Shown piece by piece: positions 63,129 to 64,000 of a stretch of 64,000 nucleotides of DNA (the first letter of the stretch is position 1; each line of letters starts with the position of its first letter). The translations under genes were made by a program, and so were the position numbers. Source of the stretch: Oopsacas minuta (Eukaryota > Animalia > Porifera); contig JAKMXF010000331.1 in the NCBI GenBank assembly GCA_024704765.1, forward strand, positions 1 to 64,000, written 5' to 3'. The notes under the pieces were generated by a model. It made no database searches. It worked only from the letters and a program-made list of their open reading frames with translations, and had not been told where the DNA came from.

Positions 63129-64000
63129 CGGATATTGTGAGAATTATTTTTCATTTAATAGATTTTCGTTGAGCCGGATTATAGTGATCATGTAGTTTTT
63201 GTACAAATGATGCGCCAAGTAGAGTCGCTAACGCTGGGGCCAACAGAAAGTGAACTCACAACCTCTGAGTATGAATTGAGTGTGTATTCGATATACAAAA
63301 CTAACAGCTGAAGCTCTCGTGGAACTAAACAAGGAACATAAAATGCTATATGCTCCGTACTCACCAGAAAACTTGTCATGATAAATCTAACTTTCGTTAT
63401 AGTAATTGATTATTGCACATCTCGCTCGCATTCCGATAAGACGGAAATAATCTAAAAATAGAACGAAAGGAAGTTAAATTTTGAAATATTTATTCCACTT
63501 GAAGTAATGAAACTATTTGGCTACATTGAAGAAGGGCGAAACGAAAGTATAATTTTAAAATGTGAAGAAAATAATACAATAATTGATATATAGGGCAGAA
63601 TTTAGATACCTTTTTCCTCGAATAGTAAGTAGCTCTTCTTCGAATAATCGTCCCTGAAGGAACCTCGAAATATACAATCGTCCTGGTGTACTATTCGAGA
63701 AATACTGTATATTGAAAATAGAGAACAACCTCAGTCAATAAGACTTGCATAAAAGTTTGGACTTGTAGTTATACCAATGAGAAGGATTCGTAGAGTCGTG
63801 AAAGATTTTTGATGAAAGTGATAAAATAATGGAGTTTGTTTATGAATGGATGAAATATAAGACAATATTTATAGAAATCCCAAAGGACTATTTCAAGAGG
63901 TTTACTCTTCAGCAACAGTGTTTTGTATTTCAAATGGGGAAATTATCATGTGAATATATATCTTTATATAATTATTTCATGGTACATCTAACCTTAGTTG

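Overview
AT-rich eukaryotic (animal-like) genomic DNA. The only host gene I can support is an EML5/EML6-type microtubule-associated protein (HELP+WD40). It lies on the minus strand as three consecutive GT-AG exons (34180-33822, 25360-24976, 5890-5509) separated by 8.5 kb and 19.1 kb introns. Almost everything else is nested, mostly decayed mobile DNA: pogo/Tigger, DD34E and DD37E Tc1-like elements, SPIN- and Buster-type hATs, a THAP/P element, a Ginger2-like integrase element, a CR1/L2 LINE remnant, two NOF/Foldback-type MULE transposase remnants, an unclassified transposase-like ORF and many foldback MITEs. The most notable signal is two Transib (RAG1-related) elements. Both have 5-bp TSDs and the perfect RSS heptamer CACAGTG at both ends, and both show the same 17-nt/8-nt asymmetric spacing to an element-specific 12-nt motif, reminiscent of the 12/23 rule. 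Other highlights are an apparent 5.5-kb inversion that split a P transposase, a Ginger2-like element with a spliceosomal intron and a 6-bp TSD, and a near-intact SPIN-like hAT. All family assignments come from motifs I recognise by eye; no database search or alignment was run, and the organism cannot be determined from this window.
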